A DNA stretch of 64,000 nt from contig CAZYMI010000006.1 of assembly GCA_964648505.1 (NCBI GenBank), positions 4,223 to 68,222 on the forward strand, in the 5' to 3' direction. Positions 1-8,331 of this stretch are shown here, piece by piece. Positions within the stretch are counted from its first letter, which is position 1. Each line of letters starts with the position of its first letter. Both the position numbers and the translations under genes were made by a program. The stretch is from an uncultured Pseudobdellovibrionaceae bacterium. Lineage in GTDB: Bacteria > Pseudomonadota > Alphaproteobacteria > Micavibrionales > Micavibrionaceae. The notes under the pieces were generated by a model. The model had not been told where the DNA came from. It saw only the letters and a program-made list of their open reading frames with translations, and did no database searches.

Positions 1-132
1 ACCAATTGCCGTAACAATACCAAGCAAGGTAAAGCCTACAATATCCACTTTACGCCGCGCCGCAAGCAAACAGCCAGTAATTGCAAATGTTACGATACCA
101 AAATAATCAAGCAAGATAAGAAGGTCAGACAT
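1..132 (-). CDS. TRIC/UPF0126 (YadS-like) membrane protein, N-terminal part only; the gene runs off the left edge
   Basis: My own minus-strand translation from the ATG at 130-132 gives MSDLLILLDYFGIVTFAITGCLLAARRKVDIVGFTLLGIVTAIG. This is the hydrophobic N-terminal pattern typical of UPF0126 repeat proteins. It is absent from the ORF track because the window truncates it. Confidence 0.55.
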   Translation of the reverse strand, partial: MSDLLILLDYFGIVTFAITGCLLAARRKVDIVGFTLLGIVTAIG

Positions 133-293
133 TTTATAATCCTTAAGAGAATATGAATCGTCATTCTGAAAACTTAATAAATGTAACTTAATCTTTACCT
201 GATTTGCTTATGATGGAAAGTGAAAATGGGGAATTCTGGTCACAAGGCCGGGTCAAAAAATAAACGACAAAAAACCAAGGTATAAAAACAAAA

Positions 294-2489
294 ATGACAA
301 GACCTGTTCCACAATCAACCGCTTTGGGGGTAGGATATAGCGAACCTACGACTTTTTCATCCTCAAAAATGGATAGTGTTTCATCATCTGCCATGAGCTC
401 ATCTGCACCTTTATTCACAAGTTCTGCCCAGATCTGGAAAAGTCGTCTGTCTTGGCGTATTACACTTGCGGTGTTTTTAACCATCATGACTGTGCAGGCA
501 ACGATACTAGCCCTGACCTTAAAAGATTATCAGCAAAAGCAGCTTGATCTCATTTCACAGCTTGCAAAATCATCTTTGGTTCCTGCTGTCACAGACCAGA
601 CCAGCCCTTTTGAATCACCAATTGAGTCTTCTGTTGGAAATAAAATTATTGCGCATACAGTGATATCAGGCATGGCGATTTATGGCGGTGACTTGACCAC
701 ACTTGCCTTGCACGGGGAACCCGTTCGTACCGTTTTATCAACAAAAACAAATCTAAATAGTTCTTATCAATCCGCAGATGGAAAAATATATGAAGTTATT
801 TTCCGCCCGAAAGATTTGCAAGGAAAGCAATATTACATTGTTGCGCGCATGGACTCCACACAAGCAACAAATAACGCACAGCACTATGTTTATCAGTCTA
901 TCCTCATCATGTTTTTGCTTTCAGCTTTTGTCACAGCTGTTTTAATGGTTGCATTAGGACGCTGGCTTCTTGAGCCTATCTTGTTTTTACGCGATAACCT
1001 TAAATCAGCGTCATCAAACCCTGAATCACCAAAAATTATGCGCTCCCCTTATTCGCCTTTAGATGAAATTGGTGGCGCGATTGATCTCGCGCAAAACTTA
1101 ATTCGACAAAACGCAGAAAACTTACGCAAAACAAAAAGCTCTGCCCAAAACCAAATTCACAAGCTGGCTTATTTTGACCAGACAACTGGTTTGCCGAACA
1201 GAACATTATTCATCAAAAAACTTCAGGAATTCACGCAAAAATCGGGGAGTCTTTCTGGGCAACGGGTTGCCGTCGTAGCAATGGATCTTGACCATTTTAA
1301 AGATATCAACGATTCAATGGGGCATAATGTTGGCGATGCTATTTTACGTGGTGTTGGTAAAAGGCTCCGTTCAGCGTTACCAGAAAGTGCCATTGTAGCC
1401 CGATCCGGTGAGGATGAATTCGCTGTCTTTATGCCGCTTTCATCCGATATAAATTCTGCAAAAGATATTGCAGAACGCGTAATAGGTGTTATGCGCGCCG
1501 AACCCTTTAAAGTATTCAACGAAGCTTTCCAAGTGCGTGGGTCAATTGGTGTTGCCACATGGCCTGATAATGGCATTGATCCCGATTCTGTTCTTAAAAA
1601 TGCTGATATTGCGCTTAATCGGGCTAAAGAAGAAGGACGCGATACAATCCGGGAATACCTTGAAGACTTTGACCGTGCGGTACAGCAGCGTTTCCAGATG
1701 CTGCGTGATTTGCGCGATGCGCTTGAAAATGATCAGCTGTCTTTAAACTTTCAGCCGCAATTTGATCTGCGTACTGGCCAGATTATTGGTGCTGAAGCAC
1801 TTATTCGCTGGTGGAAACCCGATGCCAGCAAAGAAGGTGGTAGCTTTATTTCGCCCGGCATATTTGTGCCGATCGCAGAACAATCGGGCCTGATTGTTCC
1901 AATTGGTGAATGGGTCATGAAAAAAGCGTGTGAAACTGCAGCAAGCTGGCACAAAGCAGGTATTCCTATCAGGATTGCTGTCAACGTTTCCGGCGCTCAG
2001 TTCCACCAAAGCGATATCGTTGCTTTTACGTCAAAAGTATTGCGCGATACAGCCATACCACCCCATATGTTAGAACTTGAGGTAACTGAAAGCGTATTTA
2101 TGGATGATATTACCCAAACCATTAAAACCTTACAGGAACTGCATGGCCTGGGCGTTGAAATTGCGATTGACGACTTTGGTACCGGCTACTCGTCACTTTC
2201 ATATTTACGTCAGTTCCCAATTGATCGCCTGAAAATTGACCAATCTTTTATCAAGAATGCTCTCAATAATTCGGATGACGCGGCTATTGCACGCACAATT
2301 ATTCGTCTTGCAAACTCGCTAGGCCTTAAAGTGATCGCGGAAGGTGTTGAAACCGCCGATCATGAGAAATTTTTAATTCAAGAAGGGTGCGACGAAGTAC
2401 AGGGTTTCCGTTACTCTCGCCCGATCCCCAATGAAAAGTTTTTGACCTTTGCCCAAGGTTATTCTGGCCAGCTTTCTACTTTCGGGTAA
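294..2489 (+). CDS. Membrane-anchored GGDEF-EAL protein: degenerate GGDEF and intact EAL, so probably a c-di-GMP phosphodiesterase
   Basis: 731-aa ORF with two hydrophobic segments flanking a putative periplasmic region. The GGDEF position reads RSGEDEF (second Gly replaced by Glu). EAL-domain motifs are present: EALIRW, DDFGTGYSSLSYL, KIDQSFI, EGVET, QGF. The exact start is uncertain. Confidence 0.88.
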   Translation: MTRPVPQSTALGVGYSEPTTFSSSKMDSVSSSAMSSSAPLFTSSAQIWKSRLSWRITLAVFLTIMTVQATILALTLKDYQQKQLDLISQLAKSSLVPAVTDQTSPFESPIESSVGNKIIAHTVISGMAIYGGDLTTLALHGEPVRTVLSTKTNLNSSYQSADGKIYEVIFRPKDLQGKQYYIVARMDSTQATNNAQHYVYQSILIMFLLSAFVTAVLMVALGRWLLEPILFLRDNLKSASSNPESPKIMRSPYSPLDEIGGAIDLAQNLIRQNAENLRKTKSSAQNQIHKLAYFDQTTGLPNRTLFIKKLQEFTQKSGSLSGQRVAVVAMDLDHFKDINDSMGHNVGDAILRGVGKRLRSALPESAIVARSGEDEFAVFMPLSSDINSAKDIAERVIGVMRAEPFKVFNEAFQVRGSIGVATWPDNGIDPDSVLKNADIALNRAKEEGRDTIREYLEDFDRAVQQRFQMLRDLRDALENDQLSLNFQPQFDLRTGQIIGAEALIRWWKPDASKEGGSFISPGIFVPIAEQSGLIVPIGEWVMKKACETAASWHKAGIPIRIAVNVSGAQFHQSDIVAFTSKVLRDTAIPPHMLELEVTESVFMDDITQTIKTLQELHGLGVEIAIDDFGTGYSSLSYLRQFPIDRLKIDQSFIKNALNNSDDAAIARTIIRLANSLGLKVIAEGVETADHEKFLIQEGCDEVQGFRYSRPIPNEKFLTFAQGYSGQLSTFG

Positions 2490-2545
2490 GTTTGCATTTC
2501 AGGTAAGAAATCCTCATAATATATTGATAAAAAAATGAGGGTGCT

Positions 2546-4285
2546 ATGGCTGTGGCTGACAAAATAAGAAAAGACCTGATTAATATTTTATCAAAAGAAG
2601 TGCTTGTCCCCACACGCAAAGGTGGATCATCTTCTCAAATTCAAGATTTTTTTAAAAGATGCCTCAAAGAACTTGCCTGTGGCGATAACGCTGACATCGC
2701 CTATTACATGCTATTTGCAAGAACATGGAAACATATTGGCACAGATATTCTAAATTGGCATCAGGTTCGCGATCTTGCGAACAGATTTGAAAATACGAAG
2801 TGCAAGCATTTACTCTGGCTTCTTGGATTCTTACACGACCCAAACCAAAGCGAATTTCTGCCTTTATCTTTTTTGAATAGTTCAAAATCTCAGTCGTTTT
2901 ATAAAAAAGCGGCAGATCTTGGTGATACTATTTCTTGTTATTCAGTGGCCTATTCCGCGATCAATACAAACATCTCACACACAAAGGAAATGATCAGAAC
3001 GATCAACGCCTACCTTACAAAAGGCATAGAAGCACAATCCAGAGAATGCCTTCTTTTAAAAGCGCGCCTCTTGCTTGCTGGTCAAAAAGGAATAGACGGT
3101 GATTTATCTGACGCTATCAATTATCTTGAAGCTGGTCTCGCTTGCAAACCCGACCATTACTTAAGACAACATGCATCTGATGAAGATTTTAAGTTCTATC
3201 TTGGTCAGATTTATTTTGAGGGAATTGGTACTGACGTTAATATTCTAAAAGGACTTAAACTGCTTCGGGAAGCTTCTCTTTTTGGGCATTCAGGTGCCGC
3301 GCACTGGTACATAAGCAGAGATAAACCCCTGCCTGTTCCTCTCCAAAAATCAGCCCCATCAGATGGAAATACACCCCCAGATTTAAAAAATGTAGAAAAA
3401 AATGAGAAACCAGCAAATCCAATGTCGTTTTTTACAAAACCTAAACCCAAAAAAGACGCGGCAGACCCGTTAAATGACCTTATAGGTTTAGATACAGTAA
3501 AATCTCAATTAAAAAAATTCCTCAGTAAGCAAAAATCTGATGATTTGCGAGACAAGAGCAAACTCAAATCGGTGAAAACCTCAAGCCACATGATTTTTGT
3601 GGGCAACCCTGGTACAGGAAAAACTGAAGTAGCTGTACGCCTTGGTAAACTCATGCACGAAATGGGCATACTGAGGAAAGGCCATATTGTGCAGGCAAAT
3701 CGTGAAGATCTTGTTGGTGAATATATCGGGCAAACCGCCATTAAAACAAAAAAGCAAATTGAGAAGGCCGATGGCGGTATTCTTTTTATTGACGAAGCCT
3801 ACAGTTTATATAAAGACTCAAGTCGCGATTATGGCCATGAAGCCATAGAGACATTGATTGTCGAAATGGAAGCGCGACGCAATAATATGATTGTTATTAT
3901 GGCTGGATACCCAAACGAAACAGATCAGCTTCTCAGAAGCAATCCCGGGCTAGAATCGCGCTTTCCATACAGGATCGAATTTCCTGATTATAAACCAGAT
4001 GAGCTGTCAAAAATATTTGAAAACTTCTGTATAAAAAACGACTACATTGCAACAAAGGAAACAACTGAAAGAGTACACAAACACTACAAAGAACATTTAA
4101 AGAAACATTCGCATAAATTTTCAAATGCGCGCGATGTACGTAACTTATTTGAAAAAACAATTCAAAATCAAGCCTCAAGAATTCTTGAAGTTAAAAATCC
4201 TAAGAAATCTGATCTGGAAACTATTTTGCCGCAAGATCTCGCTTCAGATGTTCGTATTGAAAATGGGAACATTGTTTATCTATAA
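2546..4285 (+). CDS. Sel1/TPR-like repeat protein fused to a CbbX/SpoVK-type AAA+ ATPase
   Basis: The C-terminal half has Walker A GNPGTGKT, Walker B ILFIDEAY, and a CbbX/SpoVK-like run (VGEYIGQTAIKTKK, IVIMAGYPNE, RFPYRIEFPDY). The N-terminal half has Sel1-like segments (GQIYFEGIGTDVNILKGLKLLREAS..GHSGAAHWY). A Pro/Lys-rich linker joins the two halves. Confidence 0.82.
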   Translation: MAVADKIRKDLINILSKEVLVPTRKGGSSSQIQDFFKRCLKELACGDNADIAYYMLFARTWKHIGTDILNWHQVRDLANRFENTKCKHLLWLLGFLHDPNQSEFLPLSFLNSSKSQSFYKKAADLGDTISCYSVAYSAINTNISHTKEMIRTINAYLTKGIEAQSRECLLLKARLLLAGQKGIDGDLSDAINYLEAGLACKPDHYLRQHASDEDFKFYLGQIYFEGIGTDVNILKGLKLLREASLFGHSGAAHWYISRDKPLPVPLQKSAPSDGNTPPDLKNVEKNEKPANPMSFFTKPKPKKDAADPLNDLIGLDTVKSQLKKFLSKQKSDDLRDKSKLKSVKTSSHMIFVGNPGTGKTEVAVRLGKLMHEMGILRKGHIVQANREDLVGEYIGQTAIKTKKQIEKADGGILFIDEAYSLYKDSSRDYGHEAIETLIVEMEARRNNMIVIMAGYPNETDQLLRSNPGLESRFPYRIEFPDYKPDELSKIFENFCIKNDYIATKETTERVHKHYKEHLKKHSHKFSNARDVRNLFEKTIQNQASRILEVKNPKKSDLETILPQDLASDVRIENGNIVYL

Positions 4286-4331
4286 CGACAGAGCACCTTG
4301 AACTTTTGGCGCTGCGGGGTTATCACATTAT

Positions 4332-5690
4332 ATGACCTTTTCTGCTCCCAAACCGCTCACATCTTTTAAATCTGGCGCGCTCAGTGGCGTGGCGCGTGTG
4401 CCAGGGGATAAATCTATCTCTCATCGCGCATTGATGTTTGGTGCCTTAGCATCGGGGGAGACGATTATATCGGGCCTACTTGAAGGCGAAGATGTTATGA
4501 ACACCGCAGATGCCTTGCGCGCCATGGGCGCACGCATTACAACAAGCGGTGACGGCCTGTGGCGCATTTTTGGGGTTGGCGGAAATTTCCTAGAACCTAC
4601 CACAATTTTAGATATGGGGAATTCAGGTACTTCCACACGACTGCTGATGGGCCTTATTGCGGGATCATCCCTGACGGCAATTTTAACAGGCGATGCATCT
4701 TTATTAAAACGACCTATGGCCCGCGTGGTAACGCCGCTTGAAAAAATGGGCGTCACTTTTATGGGCCGTCATGGCGGCAAATTACCGCTTGCGTTATGCG
4801 GCGCAGACGATCTTAAGGCAATTAATTATACGCTGCCTGTTGCATCCGCGCAGGTAAAGTCAGCGATCTTACTTGCAGGCTTATCCGCTCGTGGCACGAC
4901 AACTGTAATTGAGCCAGAGAAAACCCGCGACCATACTGAAAATATGATCCGTCATTTTGGTGGCGTATGTACCATATCGGGTCACGAAATTTCAGTTCAG
5001 GGGGGGCAATCACTGCAAGGATGCGCCGTCGATGTGCCATCTGACCCAAGCTCCGCCGCTTTTATTGCAGTAGCTGCTACCCTGATCCCCGGTTCTAACG
5101 TGACGATTGCGCGTGTGTGCATGAACCCGACACGAACCGGCCTTTATAAAACCTTGCTTGAGATGGGTGCCGCCATCACTTACACAAATGAGCGGATTGA
5201 AGCGGGTGAGCCTGTTGCAGATTTAATCATAACAGGCGGGGCGCCTTTAAAAGGAGTGGATGTGCCACAAGAGCGCGTCGCTTCCATGATCGATGAATTT
5301 CCAATTCTCTCGATCGCGGCTTCCTGTGCACAAGGCACGAGTCATTTCAGTGGCTTAAAAGAATTACGCGTCAAAGAAAGTGATCGCCTTGCAAAAATAG
5401 CCGAAGGGTTAAATGCCTGCGGCGTTTCAATTGAACTTGGCGAAGACTGGCTGACTATTCAGGGCACAGGTAGGCCCCCTGAAGGCGGCGCCTTCATTGA
5501 AACTGCGCTTGATCATCGTATCGCGATGAGTTTTTTAATCATGGGACTTGTTAGTAACCAGCCTGTTACAATTGATGACCGCGCACCTATTGCAACAAGC
5601 TTCCCGAATTTTATTGATCTGATGCAAAGTATAGGTGCTAAGCTTGATACGCCGGATGGTGATGGTTTAATCGACTTTCGTACAGCATGA
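4332..5690 (+). CDS. aroA: 3-phosphoshikimate 1-carboxyvinyltransferase (EPSP synthase)
   Basis: 452 aa with VPGDKSISHRALMFGALASGET, LGNSGTS-type loop (MGNSGTSTRLL) and RVKESDRL motifs. Followed by cmk-rpsA, which is conserved synteny. Confidence 0.95.
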   Translation: MTFSAPKPLTSFKSGALSGVARVPGDKSISHRALMFGALASGETIISGLLEGEDVMNTADALRAMGARITTSGDGLWRIFGVGGNFLEPTTILDMGNSGTSTRLLMGLIAGSSLTAILTGDASLLKRPMARVVTPLEKMGVTFMGRHGGKLPLALCGADDLKAINYTLPVASAQVKSAILLAGLSARGTTTVIEPEKTRDHTENMIRHFGGVCTISGHEISVQGGQSLQGCAVDVPSDPSSAAFIAVAATLIPGSNVTIARVCMNPTRTGLYKTLLEMGAAITYTNERIEAGEPVADLIITGGAPLKGVDVPQERVASMIDEFPILSIAASCAQGTSHFSGLKELRVKESDRLAKIAEGLNACGVSIELGEDWLTIQGTGRPPEGGAFIETALDHRIAMSFLIMGLVSNQPVTIDDRAPIATSFPNFIDLMQSIGAKLDTPDGDGLIDFRTA

Positions 5691-6364
5691 CCAATTTATT
5701 TATCATTGCCATTGACGGGCCGACCGCATCAGGAAAAGGAACGCTTGCACGCCGCTTAGCCGTGCATTTTGATTGTGCCTATCTGGATACAGGTGCGCTT
5801 TATCGCCTTGTGGCACTTACCATGCTTCAATCTGGTCAAAACGTAGAAGATGAAAAATCAGCCCTTGAAGCGGCCAAAACTTTAACCGGGCACATCACCC
5901 CTGAAATGCTTTCCGACCCTGCCTTAAGAGACCACCGTATGTCGCAAGCTTCCTCAAAAGTGGCCGCCTTCACAGGCGTACGCGAAGCCTTATTGCAAGC
6001 CCAGCGAAATTTTGCAGCAAATCCGCCTAAAAAACCCGATGGAACAGCATATAAAGGAGTGGTACTGGATGGACGGGATATTGGCACACATATCTGCCCA
6101 GATGCTAAAATAAAGCTTTTTGTGACCGCAAATCCAGAAATTCGGGCAAAACGCCGCTTTCTGGAGTTGCAAACCAAATCAGCTTCTGTTAGTGAAATAA
6201 CCGTCTTAACAGACATCAAGGCACGGGATGATCGCGATACTAATCGTACCACCAACCCCCTGCGCCAAGCCGATGATGCGATTTTAATCGACACATCGAA
6301 CTTGAACGCAGACCAAGCTTTCGATGCAGCGCGTTCGATTGTTGAAAAACAGCTTCACGCTTAG
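5687..6364 (+). CDS. cmk: Cytidylate kinase
   Basis: P-loop IAIDGPTASGKGT. ATGA overlap with the aroA stop. Located in the aroA-cmk-rpsA context. Confidence 0.92.
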   Translation: MTNLFIIAIDGPTASGKGTLARRLAVHFDCAYLDTGALYRLVALTMLQSGQNVEDEKSALEAAKTLTGHITPEMLSDPALRDHRMSQASSKVAAFTGVREALLQAQRNFAANPPKKPDGTAYKGVVLDGRDIGTHICPDAKIKLFVTANPEIRAKRRFLELQTKSASVSEITVLTDIKARDDRDTNRTTNPLRQADDAILIDTSNLNADQAFDAARSIVEKQLHA

Positions 6365-6454
6365 TTTGAAAAGACACAGACGGTTACGGCCTTGATACAC
6401 CGCTTGCGGCAGGGTCCTCTGATCGATCTCAATAACTTCAAAGGAAAATATATC

Positions 6455-8182
6455 ATGGCTCATGCAGCTGCCAATCTACAGGATCGGGCGGAATCGTCCG
6501 ATTTTCTAAACTTACTCACTGAATCCCTCGGCGCAAAAAAATCATTCGAGGGGTCTGTCGTTAAAGGCCGGGTGATTTCACTCGGGGACGATTTTGTTAT
6601 GGTCGATGTCGGCCTGAAATCTGAAGGTCGTGTCTTGTTGCGCGAATTCACAAGCCCAGGGCAAGATCCGGAAATTCGTATAGGCGATACCGTAGAAGTC
6701 TATGTCGAAAAAATTGAAAACAAAAATGGCGAAGCGGTTCTAAGCCGTGAAAAAGCGCGCCGCGAAGAAGTATGGGGAACGCTTGAGCAATCCCATCTTA
6801 AAACAGAACGTGTTACAGGCGTCATCTTTGGTCGGGTTAAAGGCGGGTTCACTGTTGATCTGGGTGGCGCGGTTGCGTTCTTGCCAGGGTCACAAGTGGA
6901 TATTCGCCCCGTTCGCGACGTTTCACCGCTTATGGGCACACCACAACCTTTCATGATCCTTAAAATGGATCGTGCGCGTGGTAACATTGTTGTTTCTCGC
7001 CGTGCAGTTCTTGAAGAATCACGCGAAGAAGCACGTTCAGATATTCTGGGCACATTGCGCGAAGGCCAGGTCATGACAGGTGTTGTCAAAAACATCACCG
7101 ATTACGGTGCGTTTATTGATCTGGGCGGTGTTGATGGCTTGCTCCATGTGACCGATATTTCATGGAAGCGTATCAATAACCCCTCTGAAGTACTGACAAT
7201 CGGCCAATCGATTGAAGTACAGGTGATCCGTTACAACACAGAAAATGGTCGTATCAGCCTTGGTATGAAACAACTTGAATCTGATCCGTGGAAAGGTGTT
7301 GTTGAAAAATACACAACCGGCACACGTCTTTCAGGCAAGGTGACAAACTTAACCGATTACGGTGCGTTCATTGAACTTGAAACAGGCATTGAAGGTCTGG
7401 TTCACGTCTCAGAAATGTCTTGGACCAAGAAAAACGTTCATCCGAACAAAATCTTAAATTCTGGTGAGACCGTTGATGTCATGGTTTTAGATGTTGATAT
7501 GGATAAACGCCGTATCTCGCTTGGCTTAAAGCAGACTCAAGAGAATCCTTGGAAAGCTTTCGCCGAAAAATTCAAATCAGGCCAGGATATTGAAGGCGAA
7601 ATCCGCAATATCACCGAATTTGGATTGTTTGTTGCCGTTGATGGCGACATTGATGGTATGGTTCATCTTTCCGACATTAGCTGGGAAGATGCGACAGAAG
7701 ATGCGCTTAAAGCATACGCCAAAGGCGACATGGTCAAGGCACGTATCCTTGATGTTGACGCAGAAAAAGAACGCGTATCGCTTGGTATCAAGCAGCTGAC
7801 ATCCGATCCACATGAAGGCGCCCTTAAAGGCGTTGCCAAAGGCTCGACTGTCACATGCACGGTAACGGCAATTTCTGATAAAGGAATAGACGTTTTGGTG
7901 AATGAATCGCTTTCAGGTCATATCAAAAAAGCTGATCTGTCACGCGAGCGTTCAGAACAGCGCACAGACCGCTTTGCTGTTGGTGAAAAAGTGGATGCGA
8001 AAGTTACAGCCATCGATGCAAAAACCAAGAAGCTGCAGCTTTCCATCAAACAGCGCGAACTGGATGAGGATAAAGAAGCCATGGCCGCTTACGGATCAAC
8101 TGAATCCGGTGCGTCCCTTGGTGACATTTTAGGTGCAGCCCTTAAAGGTTCAGCCCCTGCAAAAGATGAAGCCAGCGAATAA
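6455..8182 (+). CDS. rpsA: 30S ribosomal protein S1
   Basis: Six S1-domain repeats (for example GxVxxITDYGAFIDLGGVDGLLHVTDISW). I moved the start to the ATG at 6455, which is preceded by AAGGAAAA. The ORF-track start at 6392 is a TTG extension. Confidence 0.95.
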   Translation: MAHAAANLQDRAESSDFLNLLTESLGAKKSFEGSVVKGRVISLGDDFVMVDVGLKSEGRVLLREFTSPGQDPEIRIGDTVEVYVEKIENKNGEAVLSREKARREEVWGTLEQSHLKTERVTGVIFGRVKGGFTVDLGGAVAFLPGSQVDIRPVRDVSPLMGTPQPFMILKMDRARGNIVVSRRAVLEESREEARSDILGTLREGQVMTGVVKNITDYGAFIDLGGVDGLLHVTDISWKRINNPSEVLTIGQSIEVQVIRYNTENGRISLGMKQLESDPWKGVVEKYTTGTRLSGKVTNLTDYGAFIELETGIEGLVHVSEMSWTKKNVHPNKILNSGETVDVMVLDVDMDKRRISLGLKQTQENPWKAFAEKFKSGQDIEGEIRNITEFGLFVAVDGDIDGMVHLSDISWEDATEDALKAYAKGDMVKARILDVDAEKERVSLGIKQLTSDPHEGALKGVAKGSTVTCTVTAISDKGIDVLVNESLSGHIKKADLSRERSEQRTDRFAVGEKVDAKVTAIDAKTKKLQLSIKQRELDEDKEAMAAYGSTESGASLGDILGAALKGSAPAKDEASE

Positions 8183-8214
8183 CGCCGCGGTTTAAGCTTT
8201 AGATAATTTAAAAC

Positions 8215-8244
8215 AGGCCCCGTTGAAATACGGGGCCTGTTTTG
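8215..8244 (+). terminator. Rho-independent terminator after rpsA
   Basis: 9-bp stem CAGGCCCCG/CGGGGCCTG with an 8-nt loop, followed by TTTT. Confidence 0.75.
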
Positions 8245-8331
8245 TATGTGCATTTGCAATAATAATATTGACATAATTTTAATGTTTCAAATATAGTCAC
8301 CCCTATAATATTGAAATTCAGGGCTCGATTT

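Noticed and set aside
188-487. 99-aa minus-strand ORF overlapping the start of the GGDEF-EAL gene
   Set aside because: It overlaps a well-supported gene and the divergent promoter region, and has no motif. Likely spurious.
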